From NCBI GenBank assembly GCA_964016885.1, contig OZ024742.1:292888001-292952000 (forward strand): 64,000 nucleotides of DNA. Direction: 5' to 3'. Within the stretch, counting starts at the first letter, position 1, and each line of letters starts with the position of its first letter. The notes beneath the pieces were generated by a model that saw only the letters and a list, made by a program, of their open reading frames with translations, was not told the DNA's origin and searched no databases. The stretch comes from Eledone cirrhosa. Its lineage: Eukaryota. Position numbers and translations under genes: made by a program. Shown piece by piece: positions 14,701 to 30,800 of the stretch.

Positions 14701-16074
14701 TAGCTTAATAGATATATGTAGTCATAAACACAACTATATTACTGAGTCAAGGTGATAGCTTAATAGATATATCTAGTCATAAACACAACTATATGACTGA
14801 GTAAAGGTGATAGCTTAATAGATATATCTGGTCATAAACACAACTATACTGAGTCAAGGTGATAGCTTAATAGATATATCTAGTCATAAACACAACTATA
14901 TTACTGAGTCAAGGTGATAGCTTAATAGATATATCTAGTCATAAACACAACTATACTGAGTCAGGGTGATAGCTTAATAGATATATCTGGTCATAAACAC
15001 AACTATACTGAGTCAAGGTGATAGCTTAATAGATATATCTAGTCATAAACACAGCTATATTACTGAGTCAAGGTGATAGCTTAATAGATATATCTAGTCA
15101 TAAACACAACTATATTACTGAGGCAAGGTGATAGCTTAATAGATATATCTGGTCATACACACAACTATACTGAGTCAAGGTGATAGCTTAATAGATATAT
15201 CTGGTCATAAACACAACTATACTGAGTCAAGGTGATAGCTTAATAGATATATTTAGTCATAAACACAACTATATTACTGAGTCAAGGTGATAGCTTAATA
15301 GATATATCTAGTCATAAACACAACTATATTACTGAGTCAAGGCGATAGCTTAATAGATATATCTAGTCATAAACACAACTATACTGAGTCAAGGTGATAG
15401 CTTAATAGATATATCTGGTCATAAACACAACTATATTACTGAGTCAAGGTGATAGCTTAATAGATATATCTAGTCATAAACACAACTATATTACTGAGGC
15501 AAGGTGATAGCTTAATAGATATATCTAGTCATAAACACAACTATATTACTGAGTCAAGGTGATAGCTTAATAGATATATCTAGTCGTAAACACAACTATA
15601 TTACTGAGTCAAGGTGATAGCTTAATAGATATATGTAGTCATAAACACAACTATATTACTGAGTCAAGGTGATAGCTTAATAGATATATCTAGTCATAAA
15701 CACAACTATATTACTGAGTAAAGGTGATAGCTTAATAGATATATCTGGTCATAAACACAACTATACTGAGTCAAGGTGATAGCTTAATAGATATATCTAG
15801 TCATAAACACAACTATATTACTGAGTCAAGGTGATAGCTTAATAGATATATCTAGTCATAAACACAACTATACTGAGTCAAGGTGATAGCTTAATAGATA
15901 TATCTGGTCATAAACACAACTATACTGAGTCAAGGTGATAGCTTAATAGATATATCTAGTCATAAACACAACTATATTACTGAGTCAAGGTGATAGCTTA
16001 ATAGATATATCTAGTCATAAACACAACTATATTACTGAGTCAAGGTGATAGCTTAATAGATATATCTAGTAATA
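9285..16074. repeat. Tandem segmental duplication, period 3395 bp (about 63 monomers)
   Basis: Variants recur at +3395: GGCGAT 9844/13239 and 11946/15341, AGCTGAT 10491/13886, CTGAGTCAGG 11561/14956, GTAATAA 12674/16069. Boundaries approximate. Confidence 0.9.
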
Positions 16075-16129
16075 AACACAACTATATTACTGAGTCAAGG
16101 TGATAGCTTAATAGATATATCTAGTCATA

Positions 16130-19100
16130 AACACAACTATACTGAGTCAAGGTGATAGCTTAATAGATATATCTGGTCATAAACACAACTATACTGAGTC
16201 AAGGTGATAGCTTAATAGATATATCTAGTCATAAACACAACTATATTACTGAGTCAAGGTGATAGCTTAATAGATATATCTAGTCATAAACACAACTATA
16301 CTGAGTCAAGGTGATAGCTTAATAGATATATCTGGTCATAAACACAACTATACTGAGTCAAGGTGATAGCTTAATAGATATATCTAGTCATAAACACAAC
16401 TATATTACTGAGTCAAGGTGATAGCTTAATAGATATATCTAGTCATAAACACAACTATATTACTGAGTCAAGGTGATAGCTTAATAGATATATCTAGTCA
16501 TAAACACAACTATACTGAGTCAAGGTGATAGCTTAATAAATATATCTAGTCATAAACCAACTATATTACTGAGTCAAGGTGATAGCTTAATAGATATATC
16601 TGGTCATAAACACAACTATATTACTGAGTCAAGGTGATAGCTTAATAGATATATCTAGTCATAAACACAACTATACTGAGTCAAGGTGATAGCTTAATAG
16701 ATATATCTGGTCATAAACACAACTATAGTGAGTCAAGGTGATAGCTTAATAGATATATCTAGTCATAAACACAACTATATTACTGAGTCAAGGTGATAGC
16801 TTAATAGATATATCTAGTCATAAACACAACTATATTACTGAGGCAAGGTGATAGCTTAATAGATATATCTAGTCATAAACACAACTATACTGAGTCAAGG
16901 TGATAGCTTAATAGATATATCTGGTCATAAACACAACTATATTACTGAGTCAAGGTGATAGCTTAATAGATATATCTAGTCATAAACACAACTATATTAC
17001 TGAGGCAAGGTGATAGCTTAATAGATATATCTAGTCATAAACACAACTATATTACTGAGTCAAGGTGATAGCTTAATAGATATATCTAGTCATAAACACA
17101 ACTATATTACTGAGTCAAGGTGATAGCTTAATAGATATATGTAGTCATAAACACAACTATATTACTGACTCAAGGTGATAGCTTAATAGATATATCTAGT
17201 CATAAACACAACTATATGACTGAGTAAAGGTGATAGCTTAATAGATATATCTGGTCATAAACACAACTATACTGAGTCAAGGTGATAGCTTAATAGATAT
17301 ATCTAGTCATAAACACAACTATATTACTGAGTCAAGGTGATAGCTTAATAGATATATCTAGTCATAAACACAACTATACTGAGTCAAGGTGATAGCTTAA
17401 TAGATATATCTGGTCATAAACACAACTATACTGAGTCAAGGTGATAGCTTAATAGATATATCTAGTCATAAACACAGCTATATTACTGAGTCAAGGTGAT
17501 AGCTTAATAGATATATCTAGTCATAAACACAACTATATTACTGAGTCAAGGTGATAGATTAATAGATATATCTAGTAATAAACACAACTATATTACTGAG
17601 TCAAGGTGATAGCTTAATAGATATATCTAGTCATAAACACAACTATACTGAGTCAAGGTGATAGCTTAATAGATATATCTGGTCATAAACACAACTATAC
17701 TGAGTCAAGGTGATAGCTTAATAGATATATCTAGTCATAAACACAACTATATTACTGAGTCAAGGTGATAGCTTAATAGATATATCTGGTCATAAACACA
17801 ACTATACTGAGTCAAGGTGATAGCTTAATAGATATATCTGGTCATAAACACAACTATACTGAGTCAAGGTGATAGCTTATTAGATATATCTAGTCATAAA
17901 CACAACTATACTGAGTCAAGGTGATAGCTTAATAGATATATCTGGTCATAAACACAACTATACTGAGTCAAGGTGATAGCTTAATAGATATATCTAGTCA
18001 TAAACACAACTATATTACTGAGTCAAGGTGATAGCTTAATAGATATATCTAGTCATAAACACAACTATACTGAGTCAAGGTGATAGCTTAATAGATATAT
18101 CTGGTCATAAACACAACTATACTGAGTCAAGGTGATAGCTTAATAGATATATCTAGTCATAAACACAACTATATTACTGAGTCAAGGTGATAGCTTAATA
18201 GATATATCTAGTCATAAACACAACTATATTACTGAGTCAAGGTGATAGCTTAATAGATATATCTAGTCATAAACACAACTATACTGAGTCAAGGTGATAG
18301 CTTAATAAATATATCTAGTCATAAACCAACTATATTACTGAGTCAAGGTGATAGCTTAATAGATATATCTGGTCATAAACACAACTATATTACTGAGTCA
18401 AGGTGATAGCTTAATAGATATATCTAGTCATAAACACAACTATACTGAGTCAAGGTGATAGCTTAATAGATATATCTGGTCATAAACACAACTATAGTGA
18501 GTCAAGGTGATAGCTTAATAGATATATCTAGTCATAAACACAACTATATTACTGAGTCAAGGTGATAGCTTAATAGATATATCTAGTCATAAACACAACT
18601 ATATTACTGAGGCAAGGTGATAGCTTAATAGATATATCTAGTCATAAACACAACTATACTGAGTCAAGGTGATAGCTTAATAGATATATCTGGTCATAAA
18701 CACAACTATATTACTGAGTCAAGGTGATAGCTTAATAGATATATCTAGTCATAAACACAACTATATTACTGAGGCAAGGTGATAGCTTAATAGATATATC
18801 TAGTCATAAACACAACTATATTACTGAGTCAAGGTGATAGCTTAATAGATATATCTAGTCATAAACACAACTATATTACTGAGTCAAGGTGATAGCTTAA
18901 TAGATATATGTAGTCATAAACACAACTATATTACTGAGTCAAGGTGATAGCTTAATAGATATATCTAGTCATAAACACAACTATATGACTGAGTAAAGGT
19001 GATAGCTTAATAGATATATCTGGTCATAAACACAACTATACTGAGTCAAGGTGATAGCTTAATAGATATATCTAGTCATAAACACAACTATATTACTGAG

Positions 19101-19520
19101 TCAAGGTGATAGCTTAATAGATATATCTAGTCATAAACACAACTATACTGAGTCAAGGTGATAGCTTAATAGATATATCTGGTCATAAACACAACTATAC
19201 TGAGTCAAGGTGATAGCTTAATAGATATATCTAGTCATAAACACAGCTATATTACTGAGTCAAGGTGATAGCTTAATAGATATATCTAGTCATAAACACA
19301 ACTATATTACTGAGTCAAGGTGATAGCTTAATAGATATATCTAGTAATAAACACAACTATATTACTGAGTCAAGGTGATAGCTTAATAGATATATCTAGT
19401 CATAAACACAACTATACTGAGTCAAGGTGATAGCTTAATAGATATATCTGGTCATAAACACAACTATACTGAGTCAAGGTGATAGCTTAATAGATATATC
19501 TAGTCATAAACACAACTATA
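16130..19520. repeat. Segmental duplication, period 1769 bp (about 33 monomers)
   Basis: AACTATAGTG 16721/18490 and ACTATATGAC 17211/18980, both +1769. The AATAAATAT and CACAGCT variants recur in the same order. Boundaries approximate. Confidence 0.75.
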
Positions 19521-21849
19521 TTACTGAGTCAAGGTGATAGCTTAATAGATATATCTAGTCATAAACACAACTATACTGAGTCAAGGTGATAGCTTAATAG
19601 ATATATCTGGTCATAAACACAACTATACTGAGTCAAGGTGATAGCTTAATAGATATATCTAGTCATAAACACAACTATATTACTGAGTCAAGGTGATAGC
19701 TTAATAGATATATCTAGTCATAAACACAACTATATTACTGAGTCAAGGTGATAGCTTAATAGATATATCTAGTAATAAACACAACTATACTGAGTCAAGG
19801 TGGTAGCTTAATAGATATATCTGGTCATAAACACAACTATATTACTGAGTCAAGGTGATAGCTTAATAGATATATCTAGTCATAAACACAACTATACTGA
19901 GTCAAGGTGATAGCTTAATAAATATATCTAGTCATAAACCAACTATATTACTGAGTCAAGGTGATAGCTTAATAGATATATCTGGTCATAAACACAACTA
20001 TATTACTGAGTCTAGTGATAGCTTAATAGATATATCTAGTCATAAACACAACTATACTGAGTCAAGGTGATAGCTTAATAGATATATCTGGTCATAAACA
20101 CAACTATAGTGAGTCAAGGTGATAGCTTAATAGATATATCTAGTCATAAACACAACTATATTACTGAGTCAAGGTGATAGCTTAATAGATATATCTAGTC
20201 ATAAACACAACTATATTACTGAGGCAAGGTGATAGCTTAATAGATATATCTAGTCATAAACACAACTATATTACTGAGTCAAGGTGATAGCTTAATAGAT
20301 ATATCTAGTAATAAACCAACTATACTGAGTCAAGGTGGTAGCTTAATAGATATATCTGGTCATAAACACAACTATACTGAGTCAAGGTGATAGCTTAATA
20401 GATATATCTGGTCATAAACACAACTATACTGAGTCAAGGTGATAGCTTAATAGATATATCTAGTCATAAACACAACTATATTACTGAGTCAAGGTGATAG
20501 CTTAATAGATATATCTAGTCATAAACACAACTATATTACTGAGTCAAGGTGATAGCTTAATAGATATATCTAGTCATAAACACAACTATACTGAGTCAAG
20601 GTGATAGCTTAATAGATATATCTGGTCATAAACACAACTATATTACTGAGTCAAGGTGATAGCTTAATAGATATATCTAGTCATAAACACAACTATATTA
20701 CTGAGGCAAGGTGATAGCTTAATAGATATATCTAGTCATAAACACAACTATATTACTGAGTCAAGGTGATAGCTTAATAGATATATCTAGTCATAAACAC
20801 AACTATATTACTGAGTCAAGGTGATAGCTTAATAGATATATGTAGTCATAAACACAACTATATTACTGAGTCAAGGTGATAGCTTAATAGATATATCTAG
20901 TCATAAACACAACTATATGACTGAGTAAAGGTGATAGCTTAATAGATATATCTGGTCATAAACACAACTATACTGAGTCAAGGTGATAGCTTAATAGATA
21001 TATCTAGTCATAAACACAACTATATTACTGAGTCAAGGTGATAGCTTAATAGATATATCTAGTCATAAACACAACTATACTGAGTCAAGGTGATAGCTTA
21101 ATAGATATATCTGGTCATAAACACAACTATACTGAGTCAAGGTGATAGCTTAATAGATATATCTAGTCATAAACACAGCTATATTACTGAGTCAAGGTGA
21201 TAGCTTAATAGATATATCTAGTCATAAACACAACTATATTACTGAGTCAAGGTGATAGCTTAATAGATATATCTAGTAATAAACACAACTATATTACTGA
21301 GTCAAGGTGATAGCTTAATAGATATATCTAGTCATAAACACAACTATACTGAGTCAAGGTGATAGCTTAATAGATATATCTGGTCATAAACACAACTATA
21401 CTGAGTCAAGGTGATAGCTTAATAGATATATCTAGTCATAAACACAACTATATTACTGAGTCAAGGTGATAGCTTAATAGATATATCTAGTCATAAACAC
21501 AACTATATTACTGAGGCAAGGTGATAGCTTAATAGATATATCTAGTCATAAACACAACTATATTACTGAGTCAAGGTGATAGCTTAATAGATATATCTAG
21601 TCATAAACACAACTATATTACTGAGTCAAGGTGATAGCTTAATAGATATATGTAGTCATAAACACAACTATATTACTGAGTCAAGGTGATAGCTTAATAG
21701 ATATATCTAGTCATAAACCAACTATATTACTGAGTCAAGGTGATAGCTTAATAGATATATCTAGTCATAAACACATCTATATTACTGAGTAAAGGTGATA
21801 GCTTAATAGATATATCTCGTCATAAACACAACTATACTGAGTCAAGGTG

Positions 21850-24800
21850 ATAGCTTAATAGATATATCTGGTCATAAACACAACTATACTGAGTCAAGGT
21901 GATAGCTTAATAGATATATCTAGTCATAAACACAACTATATTACTGAGTCAAGGTGATAGCTTAATAGATATATCTAGTCATAAACACAACTATATTACT
22001 GAGTCAAGGTGATAGCTTAATAGATATATCTAGTAATAAATACAACTATACTGAGTCAAGGTGGTAGCTTAATAGATATATCTGGTCATAAACACAACTA
22101 TACTGAGTCAAGGTGATAGCTTAATAGATATATCTAGTCATAAACACAACTATACTGAGTCAAGGTGATAGCTTAATAGATATATCTAGTCATAAACCAA
22201 CTATATTACTGAGTCAAGGTGATAGCTTAATAGATATATCTAGTCTTAAACACAACTATATTACTGAGTCAACGTGATAGCTTAATAGATATATCTAGTC
22301 ATAAACACAACTATATTACTGAGTCAAGGTGATAGCTTAATAGATATATCTGGTCATAAACACAACTATATTACTGAGTCAAGGTGATAGCTTAATAGAT
22401 ATATCTAGTCATAAACACAACTATACTGAGTCAAGGTGATAGCTTAATAGATATATCTGGTCATACACACAACTATACTGAGTCAAGGTGATAGCTTAAT
22501 AGATATATCTGGTCATAAACACAACTATACTGAGTCAAGGTGATAGCTTAATAGATATATCTAGTCATAAACACAACTATATTACTGAGTCAAGGTGATA
22601 GCTTAATAGATATATCTAGTCATAAACACAACTATATTACTGAGTCAAGGCGATAGCTTAATAGATATATCTAGTCATATACACAACTATACTGAGTCAA
22701 GGTGATAGCTTAATAGATATATCTGGTCATAAACACAACTATATTACTGAGTCAAGGTGATAGCTTAATAGATATATCTAGTCATAAACACAACTATATT
22801 ACTGAGGCAAGGTGATAGCTTAATAGATATATCTAGTCATAAACACAACTATATTACTGAGTCAAGGTGATAGCTTAATAGATATATCTAGTCATAAACA
22901 CAACTATATTACTGAGTCAAGGTGATAGCTTAATAGATATATGTAGTCATAAACACAACTATATTACTGAGTCAAGGTGATAGCTTAATAGATATATCTA
23001 GTCATAAACACAACTATATTACTGAGTAAAGGTGATAGCTTAATAGATATATCTGGTCATAAACACAACTATACTGAGTCAAGGTGATAGCTTAATAGAT
23101 ATATCTAGTCATAAACACAACTATATTACTGAGTCAAGGTGATAGCTTAATAGATATATCTAGTCATAAACACAACTATACTGAGTCAAGGTGATAGCTT
23201 AATAGATATATCTGGTCATAAACACAACTATACTGAGTCAAGGTGATAGCTTAATAGATATATCTAGTCATAAACACAACTATATTACTGAGTCAAGGTG
23301 ATAGCTTAATAGATATATCTAGTCATAAACACAACTATATTACTGAGTCAAGGTGATAGCTTAATAGATATATCTAGTAATAAACACAACTATACTGAGT
23401 CAAGGTGGTAGCTTAATAGATATATCTGGTCATAAACACAACTATATTACTGAGTCAAGGTGATAGCTTAATAGATATATCTAGTCATAAACACAACTAT
23501 ACTGAGTCAAGGTGATAGCTTAATAAATATATCTAGTCATAAACCAACTATATTACTGAGTCAAGGTGATAGCTTAATAGATATATCTAGTCATAAACAC
23601 AACTATATTACTGAGTCAAGGTGATAGCTTAATAGATATATCTGGTCATAAACACAACTATATTACTGAGTCAAGGTGATAGCTTAATAGATATATCTAG
23701 TCATAAACACAACTATACTGAGTCAAGGTGATAGCTTAATAGATATATCTGGTCATAAACACAACTATACTGAGTCAAGGTGATAGCTTAATAGATATAT
23801 CTAGTCATAAACACAACTATATTACTGAGTCAAGGTGATAGCTTAATAGATATATCTAGTCATAAACACAACTATATTACTGAGGCAAGGTGATAGCTTA
23901 ATAGATATATCTAGTCATAAACACAACTATATTACTGAGTCAAGGTGATAGCTTAATAGATATATCTAGTAATAAACCAACTATACTGAGTCAAGGTGGT
24001 AGCTTAATAGATATATCTGGTCATAAACACAACTATACTGAGTCAAGGTGATAGCTTAATAGATATATCTAGTCATAAACACAACTATACTGAGTCAAGG
24101 TGATAGCTTAATAGATATATCTAGTCATAAACCAACTATATTACTGAGTCAAGGTGATAGCTTAATAGATATATCTAGTCATAAACACAACTATATTACT
24201 GAGTCAAGGTGATAGCTTAATAGAAATATCTAGTCATAAACACAACTATATTACTGAGTCAAGGTGATAGCTTAATAGATATATCTGGTCATAAACACAA
24301 CTATATTACTGAGTCAAGGTGATAGCTTAATAGATATATCTAGTCATAAACACAACTATACTGAGTCAAGGTGATAGCTTAATAGATATATCTGGTCATA
24401 AACACAACTATACTGAGTCAAGGTGATAGCTTAATAGATATATCTAGTCATAAACACAACTATATTACTGAGTCAAGGTGATAGCTTAATAGATATATCT
24501 AGTCATAAACACAACTATTCTGAGTCAAGGTGATAGCTTAATAGATATATCTGGTCATACACACAACTATACTGAGTCAAGGTGATAGCTTAATAGATAT
24601 ATCTGGTCATAAACACAACTATACTGAGTCAAGGTGATAGCTTAATAGATATATCTAGTCATAAACACAACTATATTACTGAGTCAAGGTGATAGCTTAA
24701 TAGATATATCTAGTCATAAACACAACTATATTACTGAGTCAAGGTGATAGCTTAATAGATATATCTAGTCATAAACACAACTATACTGAGTCAAGGTGAT

Positions 24801-27800
24801 AGCTTAATAGATATATCTGGTCATAAACACAACTATATTACTGAGTCAAGGTGATAGCTTAATAGATATATCTAGTCATAAACACAACTATATTACTGAG
24901 GCAAGGTGATAGCTTAATAGATATATCTAGTCATAAACACAACTATATTACTGAGTCAAGGTGATAGCTTAATAGATATATCTAGTCATAAACACAACTA
25001 TATTACTGAGTCAATGTGATAGCTTAATAGATATATGTAGTCATAAACACAACTATATTACTGAGTCAAGGTGATAGCTTAATAGATATATCTAGTCATA
25101 AACACAACTATATTACTGAGTAAAGGTGATAGCTTAATAGATATATCTGGTCATAAACACAACTATACTGAGTCAAGGTGATAGCTTAATAGATATATCT
25201 AGTCATAAACACAACTATATTACTGAGTCAAGGTGATAGCTTAATAGATATATCTAGTCATAAACACAACTATACTGAGTCAAGGTGATAGCTTAATAGA
25301 TATATCTGGTCATAAACACAACTATACTGAGTCAAGGTGATAGCTTAATAGATATATCTGGTCATAAACACAACTATACTGAGTCAAGGTGATAGCTTAA
25401 TAGATATATCTAGTCATAAACACAACTATACTGAGTCAAGGTGATAGCTTAATAGATATATCTGGTCATAAACACAACTATATTACTGAGTCAAGGTGAT
25501 AGCTTAATAGATATATCTAGTCATAAACACAACTATATTACTGAGGCAAGGTGATAGCTTAATAGATATATCTAGTCATAAACACAACTATATTACTGAG
25601 TCAAGGTGATAGCTTAATAGATATATCTGGTCATAAACACAACTATACTGAGTCAAGGTGATAGCTTAATAGATATATCTAGTCATAAACACAACTATAT
25701 TACTGAGTCAAGGTGATAGCTTAATAGATATATCTAGTCATAAACACAACTATATTACTGAGTCAAGGTGATAGCTTAATAGATATATCTAGTAATAAAT
25801 ACAACTATACTGAGTCAAGGTGGTAGCTTAATAGATATATCTGGTCATAAACACAACTATACTGAGTCAAGGTGATAGCTTAATAGATATATCTAGTCAT
25901 AAACACAACTATACTGAGTCAAGGTGATAGCTTAATAGATATATCTAGTCATAAACCAACTATATTACTGAGTCAAGGTGATAGCTTAATAGATATATCT
26001 AGTCTTAAACACAACTATATTACTGAGTCAAGGTGATAGCTTAATAGATATATCTAGTCATAAACACAACTATATTACTGAGTCAAGGTGATAGCTTAAT
26101 AGATATATCTGGTCATAATCACAACTATATTACTGAGTCAAGGTGATAGCTTAATAGATATATCTAGTCATAAACACAACTATACTAAGTCAAGGTGATG
26201 GCTTAATAGATATATCTGGTCATACACACAACTATACTGAGTCAAGGTGATAGCTTAATAGATATATCTGGTCATAAACACAACTATACTGAGTCAAGGT
26301 GATAGCTTAATAGATATATCTAGTCATAAACACAACTATATTACTGAGTCAAGGTGATAGCTTAATAGATATATCTAGTCATAAACACAACTATATTACT
26401 GAGTCAAGGCGATAGCTTAATAGATATATCTAGTCATATACACAACTATACTGAGTCAAGGTGATAGCTTAATAGATATATCTGGTCATAAACACAACTA
26501 TATTACTGAGTCAAGGTGATAGCTTAATAGATATATCTAGTCATAAACACAACTATATTACTGAGGCAAGGTGATAGCTTAATAGATATATCTAGTCATA
26601 AACACAACTATATTACTGAGTCAAGGTGATAGCTTAATAGATATATCTAGTCATAAACACAACTATATTACTGAGTCAAGGTGATAGCTTAATAGATATA
26701 TGTAGTCATAAACACAACTATATTACTGAGTCAAGGTGATAGCTTAATAGATATATCTAGTCATAAACACAACTATATTACTGAGTAAAGGTGATAGCTT
26801 AATAGATATATCTGGTCATAAACACAACTATACTGAGTCAAGGTGATAGCTTAATAGATATATCTAGTCATAAACACAACTATATTACTGAGTCAAGGTG
26901 ATAGCTTAATAGATATATCTAGTCATAAACACAACTATACTGAGTCAAGGTGATAGCTTAATAGATATATCTGGTCATAAACACAACTATACTGAGTCAA
27001 GGTGATAGCTTAATAGATATATCTAGTCATAAACACAACTATATTACTGAGTCAAGGTGATAGCTTAATAGATATATCTAGTCATAAACACAACTATATT
27101 ACTGAGTCAAGGTGATAGCTTAATAGATATATCTAGTAATAAACACAACTATACTGAGTCAAGGTGGTAGCTTAATAGATATATCTGGTCATAAACACAA
27201 CTATATTACTGAGTCAAGGTGATAGCTTAATAGATATATCTAGTCATAAACACAACTATACTGAGTCAAGGTGATAGCTTAATAAATATATCTAGTCATA
27301 AACCAACTATATTACTGAGTCAAGGTGATAGCTTAATAGATATATCTAGTCATAAACACAACTATATTACTGAGTCAAGGTGATAGCTTAATAGATATAT
27401 CTGGTCATAAACACAACTATATTACTGAGTCAAGGTGATAGCTTAATAGATATATCTAGTCATAAACACAACTATACTGAGTCAAGGTGATAGCTTAATA
27501 GATATATCTGGTCATAAACACAACTATACTGAGTCAAGGTGATAGCTTAATAGATATATCTAGTCATAAACACAACTACATTACTGAGTCAAGGTGATAG
27601 CTTAATAGATATATCTAGTCTTAAACACAACTATATTACTGAGTCAAGGTGATAGCTTAATAGATATATCTAGTCATAAACACAACTATATTACTGAGTC
27701 AAGGTGATAGCTTAATAGATATATCTGGTCATAATCACAACTATATTACTGAGTCAAGGTGATAGCTTAATAGATATATCTAGTCATAAACACAACTATA

Positions 27801-30800
27801 CTGAGTCAAGGTGATGGCTTAATAGATATATCTGGTCATACACACAACTATACTGAGTCAAGGTGATAGCTTAATAGATATATCTGGTCATAAACACAAC
27901 TATACTGAGTCAAGGTGATAGCTTAATAGATATATCTAGTCATAAACACAACTATATTACTGAGTCAAGGTGATAGCTTAATAGATATATCTAGTCATAA
28001 ACACAACTATATTACTGAGTCAAGGCGATAGCTTAATAGATATATCTAGTCATATACACAACTATACTGAGTCAAGGTGATAGCTTAATAGATATATCTG
28101 GTCATAAACACAACTATATTACTGAGTCAAGGTGATAGCTTAATAGATATATCTAGTCATAAACACAACTATATTACTGAGGCAAGGTGATAGCTTAATA
28201 GATATATCTAGTCATAAACACAACTATATTACTGAGTCAAGGTGATAGCTTAATAGATATATCTAGTCATAAACACAACTATATTACTGAGTCAAGGTGA
28301 TAGCTTAATAGATATATGTAGTCATAAACACAACTATATTACTGAGTCAAGGTGATAGCTTAATAGATATATCTAGTCATAAACACAACTATATTACTGA
28401 GTAAAGGTGATAGCTTAATAGATATATCTGGTCATAAACACAACTATACTGAGTCAAGGTGATAGCTTAATAGATATATCTAGTCATAAACACAACTATA
28501 TTACTGAGTCAAGGTGATAGCTTAATAGATATATCTAGTCATAAACACAACTATACTGAGTCAAGGTGATAGCTTAATAGATATATCTGGTCATAAACAC
28601 AACTATACTGAGTCAAGGTGATAGCTTAATAGATATATCTAGTCATAAACACAACTATATTACTGAGTCAAGGTGATAGCTTAATAGATATATCTAGTCA
28701 TAAACACAACTATATTACTGAGTCAAGGTGATAGCTTAATAGATATATCTAGTAATAAACACAACTATACTGAGTCAAGGTGGTAGCTTAATAGATATAT
28801 CTGGTCATAAACACAACTATATTACTGAGTCAAGGTGATAGCTTAATAGATATATCTAGTCATAAACACAACTATACTGAGTCAAGGTGATAGCTTAATA
28901 AATATATCTAGTCATAAACCAACTATATTACTGAGTCAAGGTGATAGCTTAATAGATATATCTAGTCATAAACACAACTATATTACTGAGTCAAGGTGAT
29001 AGCTTAATAGATATATCTGGTCATAAACACAACTATATTACTGAGTCAAGGTGATAGCTTAATAGATATATCTAGTCATAAACACAACTATACTGAGTCA
29101 AGGTGATAGCTTAATAGATATATCTGGTCATAAACACAACTATACTGAGTCAAGGTGATAGCTTAATAGATATATCTAGTCATAAACACAACTACATTAC
29201 TGAGTCAAGGTGATAGCTTAATAGATATATCTAGTCATAAACACAACTATATTACTGAGGCAAGGTGATAGCTTAATAGATATATCTAGTCATAAACACA
29301 ACTATATTACTGAGTCAAGGTGATAGCTTAATAGATATATCTAGTAATAAACCAACTATACTGAGTCAAGGTGGTAGCTTAATAGATATATCTGGTCATA
29401 AACACAACTATACTGAGTCAAGGTGATAGCTTAATAGATATATCTAGTCATAAACACAACTATACTGAGTCAAGGTGATAGCTTAATAGATATATCTAGT
29501 CATAAACCAACTATATTACTGAGTCAAGGTGATAGCTTAATAGATATATCTAGTCATAAACACAACTATATTACTGAGTCAAGGTGATAGCTTAATAGAA
29601 ATATCTAGTCATAAACACAACTATATTACTGAGTCAAGGTGATAGCTTAATAGATATATCTGGTCATAAACACAACTATATTACTGAGTCAAGGTGATAG
29701 CTTAATAGATATATCTAGTCATAAACACAACTATACTGAGTCAAGGTGATAGCTTAATAGATATATCTGGTCATAAACACAACTATACTGAGTCAAGGTG
29801 ATAGCTTAATAGATATATCTAGTCATAAACACAACTATATTACTGAGTCAAGGTGATAGCTTAATAGATATATCTAGTCATAAACACAACTATTCTGAGT
29901 CAAGGTGATAGCTTAATAGATATATCTGGTCATACACACAACTATACTGAGTCAAGGTGATAGCTTAATAGATATATCTGGTCATAAACACAACTATACT
30001 GAGTCAAGGTGATAGCTTAATAGATATATCTAGTCATAAACACAACTATATTACTGAGTCAAGGTGATAGCTTAATAGATATATCTAGTCATAAACACAA
30101 CTATATTACTGAGTCAAGGTGATAGCTTAATAGATATATCTAGTCATAAACACAACTATACTGAGTCAAGGTGATAGCTTAATAGATATATCTGGTCATA
30201 AACACAACTATATTACTGAGTCAAGGTGATAGCTTAATAGATATATCTAGTCATAAACACAACTATATTACTGAGGCAAGGTGATAGCTTAATAGATATA
30301 TCTAGTCATAAACACAACTATATTACTGAGTCAAGGTGAAGCTTAATAGATATATCTAGTCATAAACACAACTATATTACTGAGTCAATGTGATAGCTTA
30401 ATAGATATATGTAGTCATAAACACAACTATATTACTGAGTCAAGGTGATAGCTTAATAGATATATCTAGTCATAAACACAACTATATTACTGAGTAAAGG
30501 TGATAGCTTAATAGATATATCTGGTCATAAACACAACTATACTGAGTCAAGGTGATAGCTTAATAGATATATCTAGTCATAAACACAACTATATTACTGA
30601 GTCAAGGTGATAGCTTAATAGATATATCTAGTCATAAACACAACTATACTGAGTCAAGGTGATAGCTTAATAGATATATCTGGTCATAAACACAACTATA
30701 CTGAGTCAAGGTGATAGCTTAATAGATATATCTGGTCATAAACACAACTATACTGAGTCAAGGTGATAGCTTAATAGATATATCTAGTCATAAACACAAC
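21850..30800. repeat. Segmental duplication with period 3759 bp whose second copy contains a later internal 1616-bp duplication
   Basis: TACAAC variant 22041/25800 and GGCGAT 22649/26408 (+3759). TAGAAAT 24221/29596 (+5375 = 3759+1616). TCAATG 25011/30385 (+5374, with a 1-bp deletion GTGAAGC near 30339). Boundaries approximate. Confidence 0.82.
26004..29236. repeat. Tandem segmental duplication, period 1616 bp (about 30 monomers)
   Basis: GTCTT 26004/27620, GATGGC 26197/27813, GGCGAT 26408/28024, ACTACATT 27575/29191, all +1616. Confidence 0.9.
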
